A stretch of DNA of 40,077 bases from a virus (Duplodnaviria > Caudoviricetes), in IMG/VR virus record IMGVR_UViG_3300020045_006575, positions 1 to 40,077 of that record. The stretch is one strand, 5' to 3'. Positions within the stretch are counted from its first letter, which is position 1; the number at the start of each line of letters is the position of its first letter. Below are positions 1 to 7,708 of the stretch, one piece after another. The notes beneath the pieces are model-generated. The model was given only the letters and a program-made list of their open reading frames with translations. It had not been told where the DNA came from and made no database searches. Position numbers and translations under genes: made by a program.

Positions 1-381
1 GGTAAATATAGAGTTCTTGTTGACTTTCTCCATTGTGAAAAAATCTTGTTAAGTGAGGGAGACAGAGTAGTTGCTGGAGAAAGTATTGCTATAGGTGATA
101 ATACGGGATTTACGACAGGACCACATCTTCATACCCAATGGCGCAGAACTGAAGGATGGAATGGAAAATACGGTAAAGACTTACGATGGTTTGAAGTAGA
201 CAAAAATGATGCTAACAATTCTTTTGATCCGACTCCCTATTTCACAGGAAAATACGCGCAAGATGTGACTTTTGAAATTACTGAACCAGAGAAATTAGAA
301 AACATCGAGCGGCAGATTCCCTTAATTGAACTCGCGGTAAATAAACTAATCGAATTATTTAAACTTCTTTTCAAGAGATAA
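1..381 (+). CDS. M23-family peptidase (endolysin-like), 5' partial
   Basis: Frame open from base 1; ...FLHCEKILLSEGDRVVAGESIAIGDNTGFTTGPHLH... matches the M23 GxTGxxTGPHLH motif; downstream DP motif and amphipathic C-terminal tail. Confidence 0.85.
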   Translation, partial: GKYRVLVDFLHCEKILLSEGDRVVAGESIAIGDNTGFTTGPHLHTQWRRTEGWNGKYGKDLRWFEVDKNDANNSFDPTPYFTGKYAQDVTFEITEPEKLENIERQIPLIELAVNKLIELFKLLFKR

Positions 382-427
382 ACAAAAGTGGGGCGTAGCT
401 TGCGCTCGTTTCCCACAGTCTCCTCGC

Positions 428-811
428 CTAGATATCCAAGCCATCTTTTGGTTTTTCCATGAGGATGAAGAGGACTTCCTTCGTTGCGACGACCACCACT
501 TCATAGATGGCGATGTTCATGGTGATGCCACGAGAACTGCGGAGATCAAAGAACACGCCGACTTGACGCATGACCATGATCTCGCCCTCGAACAATCCAC
601 AGTGAGGTGGCGTGCTTTTTTCAAGAGCGACAAAAGCGTCACGCCCTGCATTGAATCCGCCAATGCGGTGGACTTTGAGGATGTTCACCCACTGTTCGGG
701 ACGATCACAGACCTCGACCTTCCCAGTGAGAACTTCCTGCGCCGTGGCTTGCCACGACCACACGCCGATGGCGAGTAACAGAAAGCAGAACAACGCTACC
801 TTTCTATCCAC
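428..811 (-). CDS. Secreted hypothetical protein (signal peptide, two Cys in mature part)
   Basis: MDRKVALFCFLLLAIGVWSWQATA|QE with AxA cleavage site; SD GAGGAGG upstream of GTG start. Confidence 0.75.
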   Translation of the reverse strand: MDRKVALFCFLLLAIGVWSWQATAQEVLTGKVEVCDRPEQWVNILKVHRIGGFNAGRDAFVALEKSTPPHCGLFEGEIMVMRQVGVFFDLRSSRGITMNIAIYEVVVVATKEVLFILMEKPKDGLDI

Positions 812-957
812 GGACGTACCTCCTCGATTTGATGGATGATGCGTACCTTTTTCTCAAGGCACGCCTGATGGTAGATTGACCCCGCACAGCGCACTCGCTG
901 AAGCAGTGGCACGGGATCACCACACCACTTACAGACGGTGACAGAATTAAACGGCAT
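796..957 (-). CDS. Small zinc-finger protein (CxxC...HxxC, LIM/treble-clef-like), 53 aa
   Basis: MPFNSVTVCKWCGDP...IYHQACLEKK; SD GGAGG before ATG 957; overlaps both neighbours. Confidence 0.65.
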   Translation of the reverse strand: MPFNSVTVCKWCGDPVPLLQRVRCAGSIYHQACLEKKVRIIHQIEEVRPWIER

Positions 958-1195
958 AGCCAGCCTCCATGATCCGATACTTCCCCCGACAGGATGGTGA
1001 ACAATACCACTGATTATCGGCAAAGAGCCGAGTACCTTCGCGGACTTGCTCGCCACATCCCCCGCACCACACGAGCTGATTCTGCCGCTTGAACGCGCTG
1101 AGGCATTCTTCTGAACAGAAGATCGTGCCGTCCTCGAAGATCGGCTTCAGGACAAAGCACATGACTCGGTTACATTGTTGACACCACTCGCGCAT
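947..1195 (-). CDS. Tandem TRASH/MYM-like zinc-finger protein
   Basis: Two CxxC...(F/Y)CSxxC units; SD GGAGG upstream. Confidence 0.75.
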   Translation of the reverse strand: MREWCQQCNRVMCFVLKPIFEDGTIFCSEECLSAFKRQNQLVWCGGCGEQVREGTRLFADNQWYCSPSCRGKYRIMEAGYAV

Positions 1196-1361
1196 GATTC
1201 TCCTCCTGCTTTGGGTTGTTGACCCACGATTTCAAGTGCTCGTAGGAGCAAAAGCCGTGAGCGCGCCCGTTTGGTTCGGCAAGAATGTAAAACTGCGTGG
1301 TATTCATCAATGTCGCGTAGCACGACGCACAGCGGGGCGTTCGATCGATCGCTGAATCCAT
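1170..1361 (-). CDS. TRASH-like zinc-finger protein
   Basis: RCASC...FCSYEH; SD AGAGGA about 8 nt upstream; first gene after the leftward -10. Confidence 0.65.
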   Translation of the reverse strand: MDSAIDRTPRCASCYATLMNTTQFYILAEPNGRAHGFCSYEHLKSWVNNPKQEENHARVVSTM

Positions 1362-1398
1362 CCATTTGTTCCTCTCATGTGAACGTACTAACCGTAGT

Positions 1399-1441
1399 AA
1401 TTATACCAATTGTACAGTGAAATGTGGTGTAGTTATAAACA
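1399..1441 (-). promoter_or_regulatory. Leftward extended -10 promoter for the Zn-finger cassette, with DnaA-box-like TTATAAACA
   Basis: Minus strand TTGGTATAAT at about 1399-1409; ttataaaca 1433-1441. Confidence 0.6.
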
Positions 1442-1444
1442 CAA

Positions 1445-1468
1445 AATCCCTGTCACAAGCAGGGATTT
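1445..1468. other. Inverted repeat AAATCCCTG/CAGGGATTT between divergent promoters
   Basis: 9-bp perfect arms with a short loop; operator or hairpin. Confidence 0.5.
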
Positions 1469-1520
1469 CATGCGTAACCTATCCAATACATTCTAAAATA
1501 TGTCATCCCGCTTTTCAACT

Positions 1521-1553
1521 CTGTGGACAACTTTCTCGTTAATATTGGTATAA
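1521..1553 (+). promoter_or_regulatory. Rightward extended -10 promoter for holin/endolysin, with DnaA-box-like site
   Basis: ctgtggacaact 1521-1532 then TTGGTATAAT ending at 1553. Confidence 0.6.
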
Positions 1554-1580
1554 TTACCACGTTATTAGTAAGACTAAAAT

Positions 1581-1766
1581 ATGAATTTTGCACCAACATA
1601 CGCGTCGGCCATTGTCGGTATCTTATCAGTCGTATTGCCGTTGCTTAAAATCAATATAGCACCGGAGGCTCTGATGACTACAGTGACGACACTCTCGTTG
1701 CTCTTTATTGCCATTCGGCAAGTCCTCACTGGACGCTCGACTGTTCTTGGCTCTCGCCCGCAGTAA
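1581..1766 (+). CDS. Putative holin (2 TM)
   Basis: 61 aa with two hydrophobic segments and a basic tail, directly before a muralytic enzyme. Confidence 0.7.
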   Translation: MNFAPTYASAIVGILSVVLPLLKINIAPEALMTTVTTLSLLFIAIRQVLTGRSTVLGSRPQ

Positions 1767-1790
1767 GCTCATACCAGCTAACTTACCTAT

Positions 1791-2417
1791 TTGTTTGAAC
1801 TCTTAATCAGTGCTATCACTGAACCAGTTATCTATACACGGACAGCCTTCGCCGAGGTACGCGAGATAGAACTAGAGGACATAGACCCCGTTGAAATGCT
1901 CAAAGAACGGGCATATTGGATTGCAGTCAATTCAGACTTTTCATGGACAACCCTGTCAAACGTCATAGACGCAGAGACGGGGGGAACGTGGGATTGCTCT
2001 AAGGTAGGAAAGGCAGGAGAGCTAGGATGTCTCCAGATCATTCCGAAATTCCACCCAACCGTAGATCCTCTCAACTTCGACGAGGCAGTGAAATATTTCA
2101 TTAGTGAATATAAGGCAGGACGGGGCTGGCAGTGGACATCACTTTCGTGTGTGAAGTACGTCCGAGCGATGGGAGTAACCATCCCGACAGGCATGGACGC
2201 TGATATGTTTCATCCTAATTCACGCCCCACCGCCGGTTCCGTTGCTATATTCAAGTACAAAAACAGCTCGCACGTTGGCTATGTCTCGCGCTTCACGGCA
2301 AACGGATTTATTATGCGGGAGAGTAACTTTGAAAGTGAGGGCAAAATATCCACACGGGAAGTCTCATTTAGCGACCCGTTCTTACTTGGTTTTTGGAATC
2401 CAGTCATAGATGTCTAA
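1791..2417 (+). CDS. Lytic transglycosylase (SLT-like) + CHAP-domain cell-wall hydrolase
   Basis: IDAETGG...GELGCLQI (catalytic Glu, GxxQ); SCVKYVR, SHVGYV and ESNF CHAP motifs. Confidence 0.8.
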   Translation: MFELLISAITEPVIYTRTAFAEVREIELEDIDPVEMLKERAYWIAVNSDFSWTTLSNVIDAETGGTWDCSKVGKAGELGCLQIIPKFHPTVDPLNFDEAVKYFISEYKAGRGWQWTSLSCVKYVRAMGVTIPTGMDADMFHPNSRPTAGSVAIFKYKNSSHVGYVSRFTANGFIMRESNFESEGKISTREVSFSDPFLLGFWNPVIDV

Positions 2418-2468
2418 GGCTGGAAACATTACTAGCGTTGACATTAAACAAACGCTAAGTTAAAGAGC

Positions 2469-2515
2469 AAAACGGCCCTGTCCCACTAATAAAAAATGGG
2501 GCGGGGTCGGTTTGT
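2469..2515. terminator. Hairpin between convergent lysis and early-left operons
   Basis: CGGCCCTGTCCCA / TGGGGCGGGGTCG stem with G-U pairs on the + strand. Confidence 0.65.
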
Positions 2516-2713
2516 TAGAGGAGATTCGCTTGCGTGGGTTCCTTTCGTTTAAGTCTGTAGTGATAGATTGTCTTGTTCACTTCGTCGTTCTTACCTTCTA
2601 TGTCGTGGCCGTCGGTTTTGAGGTCGTAACAGCGTGCGCCAATTCGCGACAAACCTAAATGTGCCGCGCCGTATACTTTTTCAAGTATCTCTGGCGTACT
2701 GTGCCATTGATAG

Positions 2714-3589
<876 letters not shown>

Positions 3590-3610
3590 TTGTTTTTTAA
3601 TTATTATTTA

Positions 3611-4111
3611 TTACGCTTCTAGTGAGGTACTAGAAAACTCATCCCAACGTTTTAAGAAGTGATCCTGTGTGTCTTCGACCATTTTAATGTGATCCTCTAA
3701 GGTAGCAGGTTTTTCTAAACCAGCATTTACCCGCGCATTTACTATTGCACTCGCGACATTCATAGCGTTTGAATAGCTCATGCCTACTTCCTTACGGTCT
3801 TGGAACTCGTTGATGTTCTTCTTCTTTACCTCCATAGCGGCCGCTATGCCTGTAGGGGCTGTATTTCGCATGAAATTAGGCTTCTGTAGCACTTTCATTG
3901 GCTTTATGGATGGAAGGTACTTAGGGTCACTAGCAGGCCATAATTGGCCTTCTATCATGTGTCCGGCCATTAAGTTTTCATAGTCTGGGAAATCACCCCA
4001 CAAGGTAGCTTTAAACGTCTGCCCAGCTTCATCTTTAACGAGTACCTCTGCTTTAGCCTTACCGTCTTTGGTAGGCTTCGACTCGAAAAACTCTATCTTA
4101 AAGGATGACAT
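3611..4111 (-). CDS. Putative OB-fold ssDNA-binding/recombination protein
   Basis: Beta-rich N-terminus (KAEVLVKDEAGQTFKATLWG); early-operon position. Confidence 0.45.
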   Translation of the reverse strand: MSSFKIEFFESKPTKDGKAKAEVLVKDEAGQTFKATLWGDFPDYENLMAGHMIEGQLWPASDPKYLPSIKPMKVLQKPNFMRNTAPTGIAAAMEVKKKNINEFQDRKEVGMSYSNAMNVASAIVNARVNAGLEKPATLEDHIKMVEDTQDHFLKRWDEFSSTSLEA

Positions 4112-4350
4112 TATTTTATTAGTTTACCGAGATCGTCTATTAATGGACTGAATCTATTTAGCACTTCTTCTTTTGCTTCGATGGTTGCTTTTTCTATTGC
4201 TTCCTCTGCGTACTCAATGATGTCGTTTACATCCTTATTTTCTAGCCATGCGTCGAACATATCTTCCGCATTGTCTTTTATAATCGGCACACCGTCCACT
4301 TCTCGCAAAGCGATAAACTTATCCTGCAAAAAACTCTCAAATGTTTTCAT
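4111..4350 (-). CDS. Hypothetical acidic protein
   Basis: Coupled to neighbours by overlapping start/stop codons. Confidence 0.7.
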   Translation of the reverse strand: MKTFESFLQDKFIALREVDGVPIIKDNAEDMFDAWLENKDVNDIIEYAEEAIEKATIEAKEEVLNRFSPLIDDLGKLIK

Positions 4351-4586
4351 AATTTCATTGAATAATGCTCGGTTATCTCCTCACTTGCATTGTCAGCCGG
4401 ACTCCAGTCTGCGTCTAAACCTAATCTGTACGTTGCTTGGTACTTGGTCATGTCTGATATGAAGCCAAGCAATTTTATGTCTCTATTCGCCCATTGATTG
4501 ATCTTAGCTTTGATTGCTTTTTCCTTTTGTTCTGCTAGTACCGCCGCCCGGCGTGCCATTTTCTTTTGTAAATTTGTCGTATACAC
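4347..4586 (-). CDS. Hypothetical protein
   Basis: ATGA overlap with the next gene; start uncertain. Confidence 0.55.
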   Translation of the reverse strand: MYTTNLQKKMARRAAVLAEQKEKAIKAKINQWANRDIKLLGFISDMTKYQATYRLGLDADWSPADNASEEITEHYSMKL

Positions 4587-4740
4587 GTTGTTTTAATTCT
4601 TCTTTTTCTCGTAATCTTCCCTCCTCGACTTGGTTGATCACTTCAAGCATTTGATCCTGCGCGGTTTGCGGCCGCCATATTGGTACACCGTCCCATGTTC
4701 CCGTTACAATTATTTTTTTGCCAGTAAACTTCTCTCTCAT
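4504..4740 (-). CDS. Hypothetical protein
   Basis: ATGA overlap with upstream small membrane gene. Confidence 0.6.
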   Translation of the reverse strand: MREKFTGKKIIVTGTWDGVPIWRPQTAQDQMLEVINQVEEGRLREKEELKQRVYDKFTKENGTPGGGTSRTKGKSNQS

Positions 4741-4892
4741 AAAACATTCAAACTAGAACCCACATACCAGATACCTGCTAACGTACCAACCGCGAACACG
4801 ATACCTAGAAACAAGAGCGCGACTACTATGTCCAGCGTTTTCATCTTTGACTCTATCTGTTCGTCATTAAAGTGGCTTTTATATTCCTGCAT
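4737..4892 (-). CDS. Small single-TM protein (51 aa, not in ORF track)
   Basis: MQEYKSHFNDEQIESKMKTLDIVVALLFLGIVFAVGTLAGIWYVGSSLNVL*; first gene of the leftward operon. Confidence 0.65.
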   Translation of the reverse strand: MQEYKSHFNDEQIESKMKTLDIVVALLFLGIVFAVGTLAGIWYVGSSLNVL

Positions 4893-4917
4893 ATACTTAT
4901 ATTATTTTTATAAATGT

Positions 4918-5045
4918 GTGAGACGAGGGATGGACGCACGCTCTTTCAATTTCATCGATGGCCCCAGCGTATCGGTCAGTTTCCCTACCCGATAGCCAGA
5001 ACGTCGTTTACTCTCGTGCAATCATACGCCCATCGCTTGTCTCAC
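4918..5045 (-). ncRNA. Candidate structured RNA: 128-nt rod with central bubble (6S-like geometry) at the 5' end of the leftward transcript
   Basis: 23-position closing stem (21 paired, 3 G-U on minus strand), A-rich internal loop, apical stem UAUCGG/CCGAUA; directly downstream of the promoter. Confidence 0.6.
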
Positions 5046-5060
5046 TTCTTGTACTTTCTA

Positions 5061-5103
5061 AGTATAGGCCGCCCACAAAAAGGAAGCAAGGCCGTTATCC
5101 ACA
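5061..5103 (-). promoter_or_regulatory. Leftward sigma70 promoter TTGCTT-N17-TATACT with perfect DnaA box
   Basis: -35 at 5084-5089, -10 at 5061-5066; TTATCCACA 5095-5103. Confidence 0.75.
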
Positions 5104-5143
5104 AGTGCTTAAATACAACACAGAAATATAGATAATCAAATAG

Positions 5144-5192
5144 TTTTCCACAAGCCGCCGCCATTTACTTTACAAAGGCCGCCTAGTAATAT
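5144..5192 (+). promoter_or_regulatory. Rightward promoter TTTACT-N17-TAATAT, likely leaderless transcript
   Basis: -35 at 5164-5169, -10 at 5187-5192, ATG at 5199; DnaA-like TTTTCCACA 5144-5152. Confidence 0.6.
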
Positions 5193-5198
5193 ACTACC

Positions 5199-5321
5199 AT
5201 GAATAAGGACATCGCCAAAGAAGCTAGCAAGGGTGGCAAGGCCATTTTAGAAAAGTACGGACGGGACTATTTCAGTAAGCTCGGAAAGAAAGGTCGAAAG
5301 AAACAAAGCAAAAAAAAATGA
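5199..5321 (+). CDS. KGG-motif small basic protein (40 aa, not in ORF track)
   Basis: MNKDIAKEASKGGKAILEKYGRDYFSKLGKKGRKKQSKKK*; ATGA overlap with 5318. Confidence 0.75.
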   Translation: MNKDIAKEASKGGKAILEKYGRDYFSKLGKKGRKKQSKKK

Positions 5322-5506
5322 GCAAAAGACTTCATGACCCCGAATCCTGCTCCGTCTGCGGTATCATCACTAACAACTTTAGATCATTTGAAAAGAAATA
5401 CTATTGCATTAAAGACTACCTCGCTATGAAGCCCCGACCCTACCGAGGAAACAAGACACGGGGAGAATTAGAAGCAAGTAGGAAGAACAAGAATGGCTCG
5501 GTATAA
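5318..5506 (+). CDS. Small Zn-finger-like protein
   Basis: CSVC...YYCIKD. Confidence 0.6.
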   Translation: MSKRLHDPESCSVCGIITNNFRSFEKKYYCIKDYLAMKPRPYRGNKTRGELEASRKNKNGSV

Positions 5507-5906
5507 AGGTATCAAGGGGAAATTCTGGACGATCTTTAGCCAATACATTAGAAAACGAGACTACAAAAAATATGGAACGTGTATCACCTGCGGACAGAAA
5601 AAAGACTACAGTGAACTCCAAGCGGGTCACTACGCCCCAGCAGGAAATTGCGGTTTTGCTCTCCTCTTTTCAGAGAATAATGTCCACGGTGAATGTGCGT
5701 ATGACAACGGTTTTAATTCAGGGCATCTCATCCAATACCGGCGAGGACTGGTGTTACGATACGGACAGAAATTCGTGGTACGTCTTGAAGATCAATACAA
5801 TGACTCCCGCTATAAAGGCAAAACAACGAAAGAATGGTCGAAGAAAGAATACCAAGACAAGATTGAGGAATACAAAATAAAATTACATGCGCTGTCCCAA
5901 CTGTAA
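5493..5906 (+). CDS. ninG: NinG/Rap-like recombination endonuclease
   Basis: FSQYIRKRD...CITCG...LQAGHY...ENNVHGEC..DN motifs. Confidence 0.85.
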   Translation: MARYKGIKGKFWTIFSQYIRKRDYKKYGTCITCGQKKDYSELQAGHYAPAGNCGFALLFSENNVHGECAYDNGFNSGHLIQYRRGLVLRYGQKFVVRLEDQYNDSRYKGKTTKEWSKKEYQDKIEEYKIKLHALSQL

Positions 5907-6237
5907 CGTCATAGTCCACGATGTCCCGAAGCGTAGCTCACAACAAAATAGATTTCTCTGGTTTTATCTCGGCCTCATTTCAGACGACACTGGACACACT
6001 GCTGTTGAGCTGAACGAAATCTACAAACGTATGTTCTTACCCCCTAGATTCATTAAATACAAGGGCAAGGAGATCAAGATGGCCGCCACTACAACCACCC
6101 TTACCAAAAGTGAATTTTCAGATTACCTTGATCGTATTTGTATGGAAAGTGGTATAAAAATACCTAACCCAGAACAGTCGAACTTTATAAGTAATAATGA
6201 ACCACAGAATGTCGTATCACCATGGCGTCGTAAGTAG
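5887..6237 (+). CDS. NinB/Orf-like recombination protein
   Basis: KRSSQQNRFLW...TTTLTKSEFSDYLDRI motifs. Confidence 0.7.
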   Translation: MRCPNCNVIVHDVPKRSSQQNRFLWFYLGLISDDTGHTAVELNEIYKRMFLPPRFIKYKGKEIKMAATTTTLTKSEFSDYLDRICMESGIKIPNPEQSNFISNNEPQNVVSPWRRK

Positions 6238-6242
6238 CCCTT

Positions 6243-6362
6243 CGGTAGATGTATTGAGTAGTTCTTATATCGGAGGTGGAAAACTGGAGACGTGAACCCA
6301 AGTAGAGGGGTGGTGAACAAAAATAATAAATGTCTACCGTCTCCAGTTCTCCCTCCCCGATA
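6243..6362. other. Intergenic long imperfect hairpin with an alternative/crossing helix
   Basis: 6268-6292 pairs 6338-6362 (22 of 25 positions on + strand); 6243-6252 pairs 6330-6339. Confidence 0.6.
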
Positions 6363-6372
6363 GTAGAGAAAG

Positions 6373-6624
6373 ATGGATATGAAAAAGAAAATCAGCACAA
6401 CAAAAATTAGTGAAGCGTGGGCTAATTCTATGGCCGAAAAATGGGCAGAAACTTGTGAGAACTTTTTTGTGCCCTCAATGGTTAATTTGACTCCCCCAAC
6501 TAAGAAACTAGAGTTGGCTTGGGAGAAAAGATTGCAGGAAGAAAAACGCCGAGCTAAGAAGATAACGATGACAGTAGGAGAATTAGAAGATATGTTAGAA
6601 GAAGCAGGAAATGATTACGATTAG
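6373..6624 (+). CDS. Hypothetical protein
   Basis: ORF in operon direction. Confidence 0.6.
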   Translation: MDMKKKISTTKISEAWANSMAEKWAETCENFFVPSMVNLTPPTKKLELAWEKRLQEEKRRAKKITMTVGELEDMLEEAGNDYD

Positions 6625-6660
6625 TCGCCCCCCACAATACTAAATAAGCAGACCCAAAAA

Positions 6661-7140
6661 ATGAAAACAATCAAATTAACACAAAACCAAGTCACAATCG
6701 TAGATAACGATGACTTTGAGTATTTGAACCAGTTTAAGTGGTGTGCGAAGTGGCACCAATATACACTGTCATTTTATGCTGTTCGTTGTAGCTATAATCA
6801 GGAGACTAAAAAACAAAAACTAATCCCAATGCACCGTGAGATTATGCAACCCTCTGCAGGTATGGTCGTAGACCATATAAACCATGACACGCTTGACAAT
6901 ACGAGAAAAAACTTACGGGTTTGCACGCAGTCTAAGAATCGGATGAATTCTGGGAAACAAAAAAACAATACCAGCGGGGTAAAAGGTGTCTGCTGGCACA
7001 AAAGAGATAAAAAGTGGCGTGCAGATATTAGCATCAACGGAAAACGAAAGCATCTTGGGAATTTCTCAACAAAAGAATTTGCATACGAATCCTATATCAA
7101 AGCCTGCAAAAAATATCATAAAGAGTTTGCAAATTATTAG
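6661..7140 (+). CDS. HNH endonuclease with C-terminal AP2 domain
   Basis: VVDHINHDTLDNTRKNLR; NNTSGVKGVCWHKRDKKWRADI...HLGNF. Confidence 0.92.
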   Translation: MKTIKLTQNQVTIVDNDDFEYLNQFKWCAKWHQYTLSFYAVRCSYNQETKKQKLIPMHREIMQPSAGMVVDHINHDTLDNTRKNLRVCTQSKNRMNSGKQKNNTSGVKGVCWHKRDKKWRADISINGKRKHLGNFSTKEFAYESYIKACKKYHKEFANY

Positions 7141-7177
7141 TAATAGTTAAAAAGAAAGGTAAAACATAAATAATATA

Positions 7178-7462
7178 ATGGAAACAAAAGATACTATGGA
7201 AACAAACAATGACATCACAATAAAAAACTTTAGGTGTAGTAAACACGGAAGAGTAAAGCCTATACCAAAGTGTCCAGAGTGCCTCCAAGAACAGCACAAC
7301 TCCCTCCTAGATGAACTACTCTCGGAGGTGAAGAAAAAGAAATATAAGATACCACCACGAAATCCCTCGTTAGCCAGAAATTTAGAAAATATGAGGCAGA
7401 GTGGTTACAACCAAGCCCTAGAAGATGTCACAGCCATTATTAATCATAAGAAACTCAATTGA
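7178..7462 (+). CDS. Hypothetical protein (CxxH/CxxC; GYNQALED motif)
   Basis: ORF track. Confidence 0.6.
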   Translation: METKDTMETNNDITIKNFRCSKHGRVKPIPKCPECLQEQHNSLLDELLSEVKKKKYKIPPRNPSLARNLENMRQSGYNQALEDVTAIINHKKLN

Positions 7463-7551
7463 AACACCCCATCAAAACATTCGGATTGTCGCTCTACGTT
7501 TGGGTAGGATGTTACATTTTCCTGTGGTGTTTACTACTGTTTGTTTCTTAA
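7459..7551 (+). CDS. 30-aa hydrophobic peptide (not in ORF track)
   Basis: TTG start overlapping the upstream TGA; MKHPIKTFGLSLYVWVGCYIFLWCLLLFVS*. Confidence 0.4.
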   Translation: MKHPIKTFGLSLYVWVGCYIFLWCLLLFVS

Positions 7552-7552
7552 A

Positions 7553-7601
7553 AGTTGTCCACAGATATCCCCTTTGTAAGACGTATGGGTGGTGATATAA
7601 T
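7553..7601 (+). promoter_or_regulatory. Replication-operon promoter (TTGTAA-N16-TATAAT, extended TG) with DnaA-box-like site
   Basis: AGTTGTCCACAG 7553-7564; TGATATAAT 7593-7601. Confidence 0.7.
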
Positions 7602-7607
7602 TACAGT

Positions 7608-7708
7608 GCTCGAAAGAGCCAACGAACGTCCTGCTCTATAAGAGTTTTAAGAATCTCTGCACAGAGCGGGCAATCGAAAGGTTGACCGTTCGTTGCGGAG
7701 ATTTTTTT
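7608..7708 (+). ncRNA. Cis-regulatory leader RNA: terminator/antiterminator switch before the initiator gene
   Basis: Two GAAA-tetraloop hairpins; mutually exclusive folds, one a long hairpin ending in U7 that buries GGAG before ATG 7709. Confidence 0.7.

Noticed and set aside
1147-1365. Alternative-frame ORFs 1147-1365 and 804-1010
   Set aside because: The competing frames (1170-1361, 796-957) have better SD spacing and coherent Zn-ligand patterns
2434-2465. TTGACA promoter / TAGCGTT-AACGCTA palindrome
   Set aside because: No good -10 at 16-18 bp and it points straight into a terminator; left unassigned
7608-7708. tRNA or hammerhead ribozyme
   Set aside because: No T-loop (TTCRA) or acceptor-stem geometry, and no CUGAnGA core
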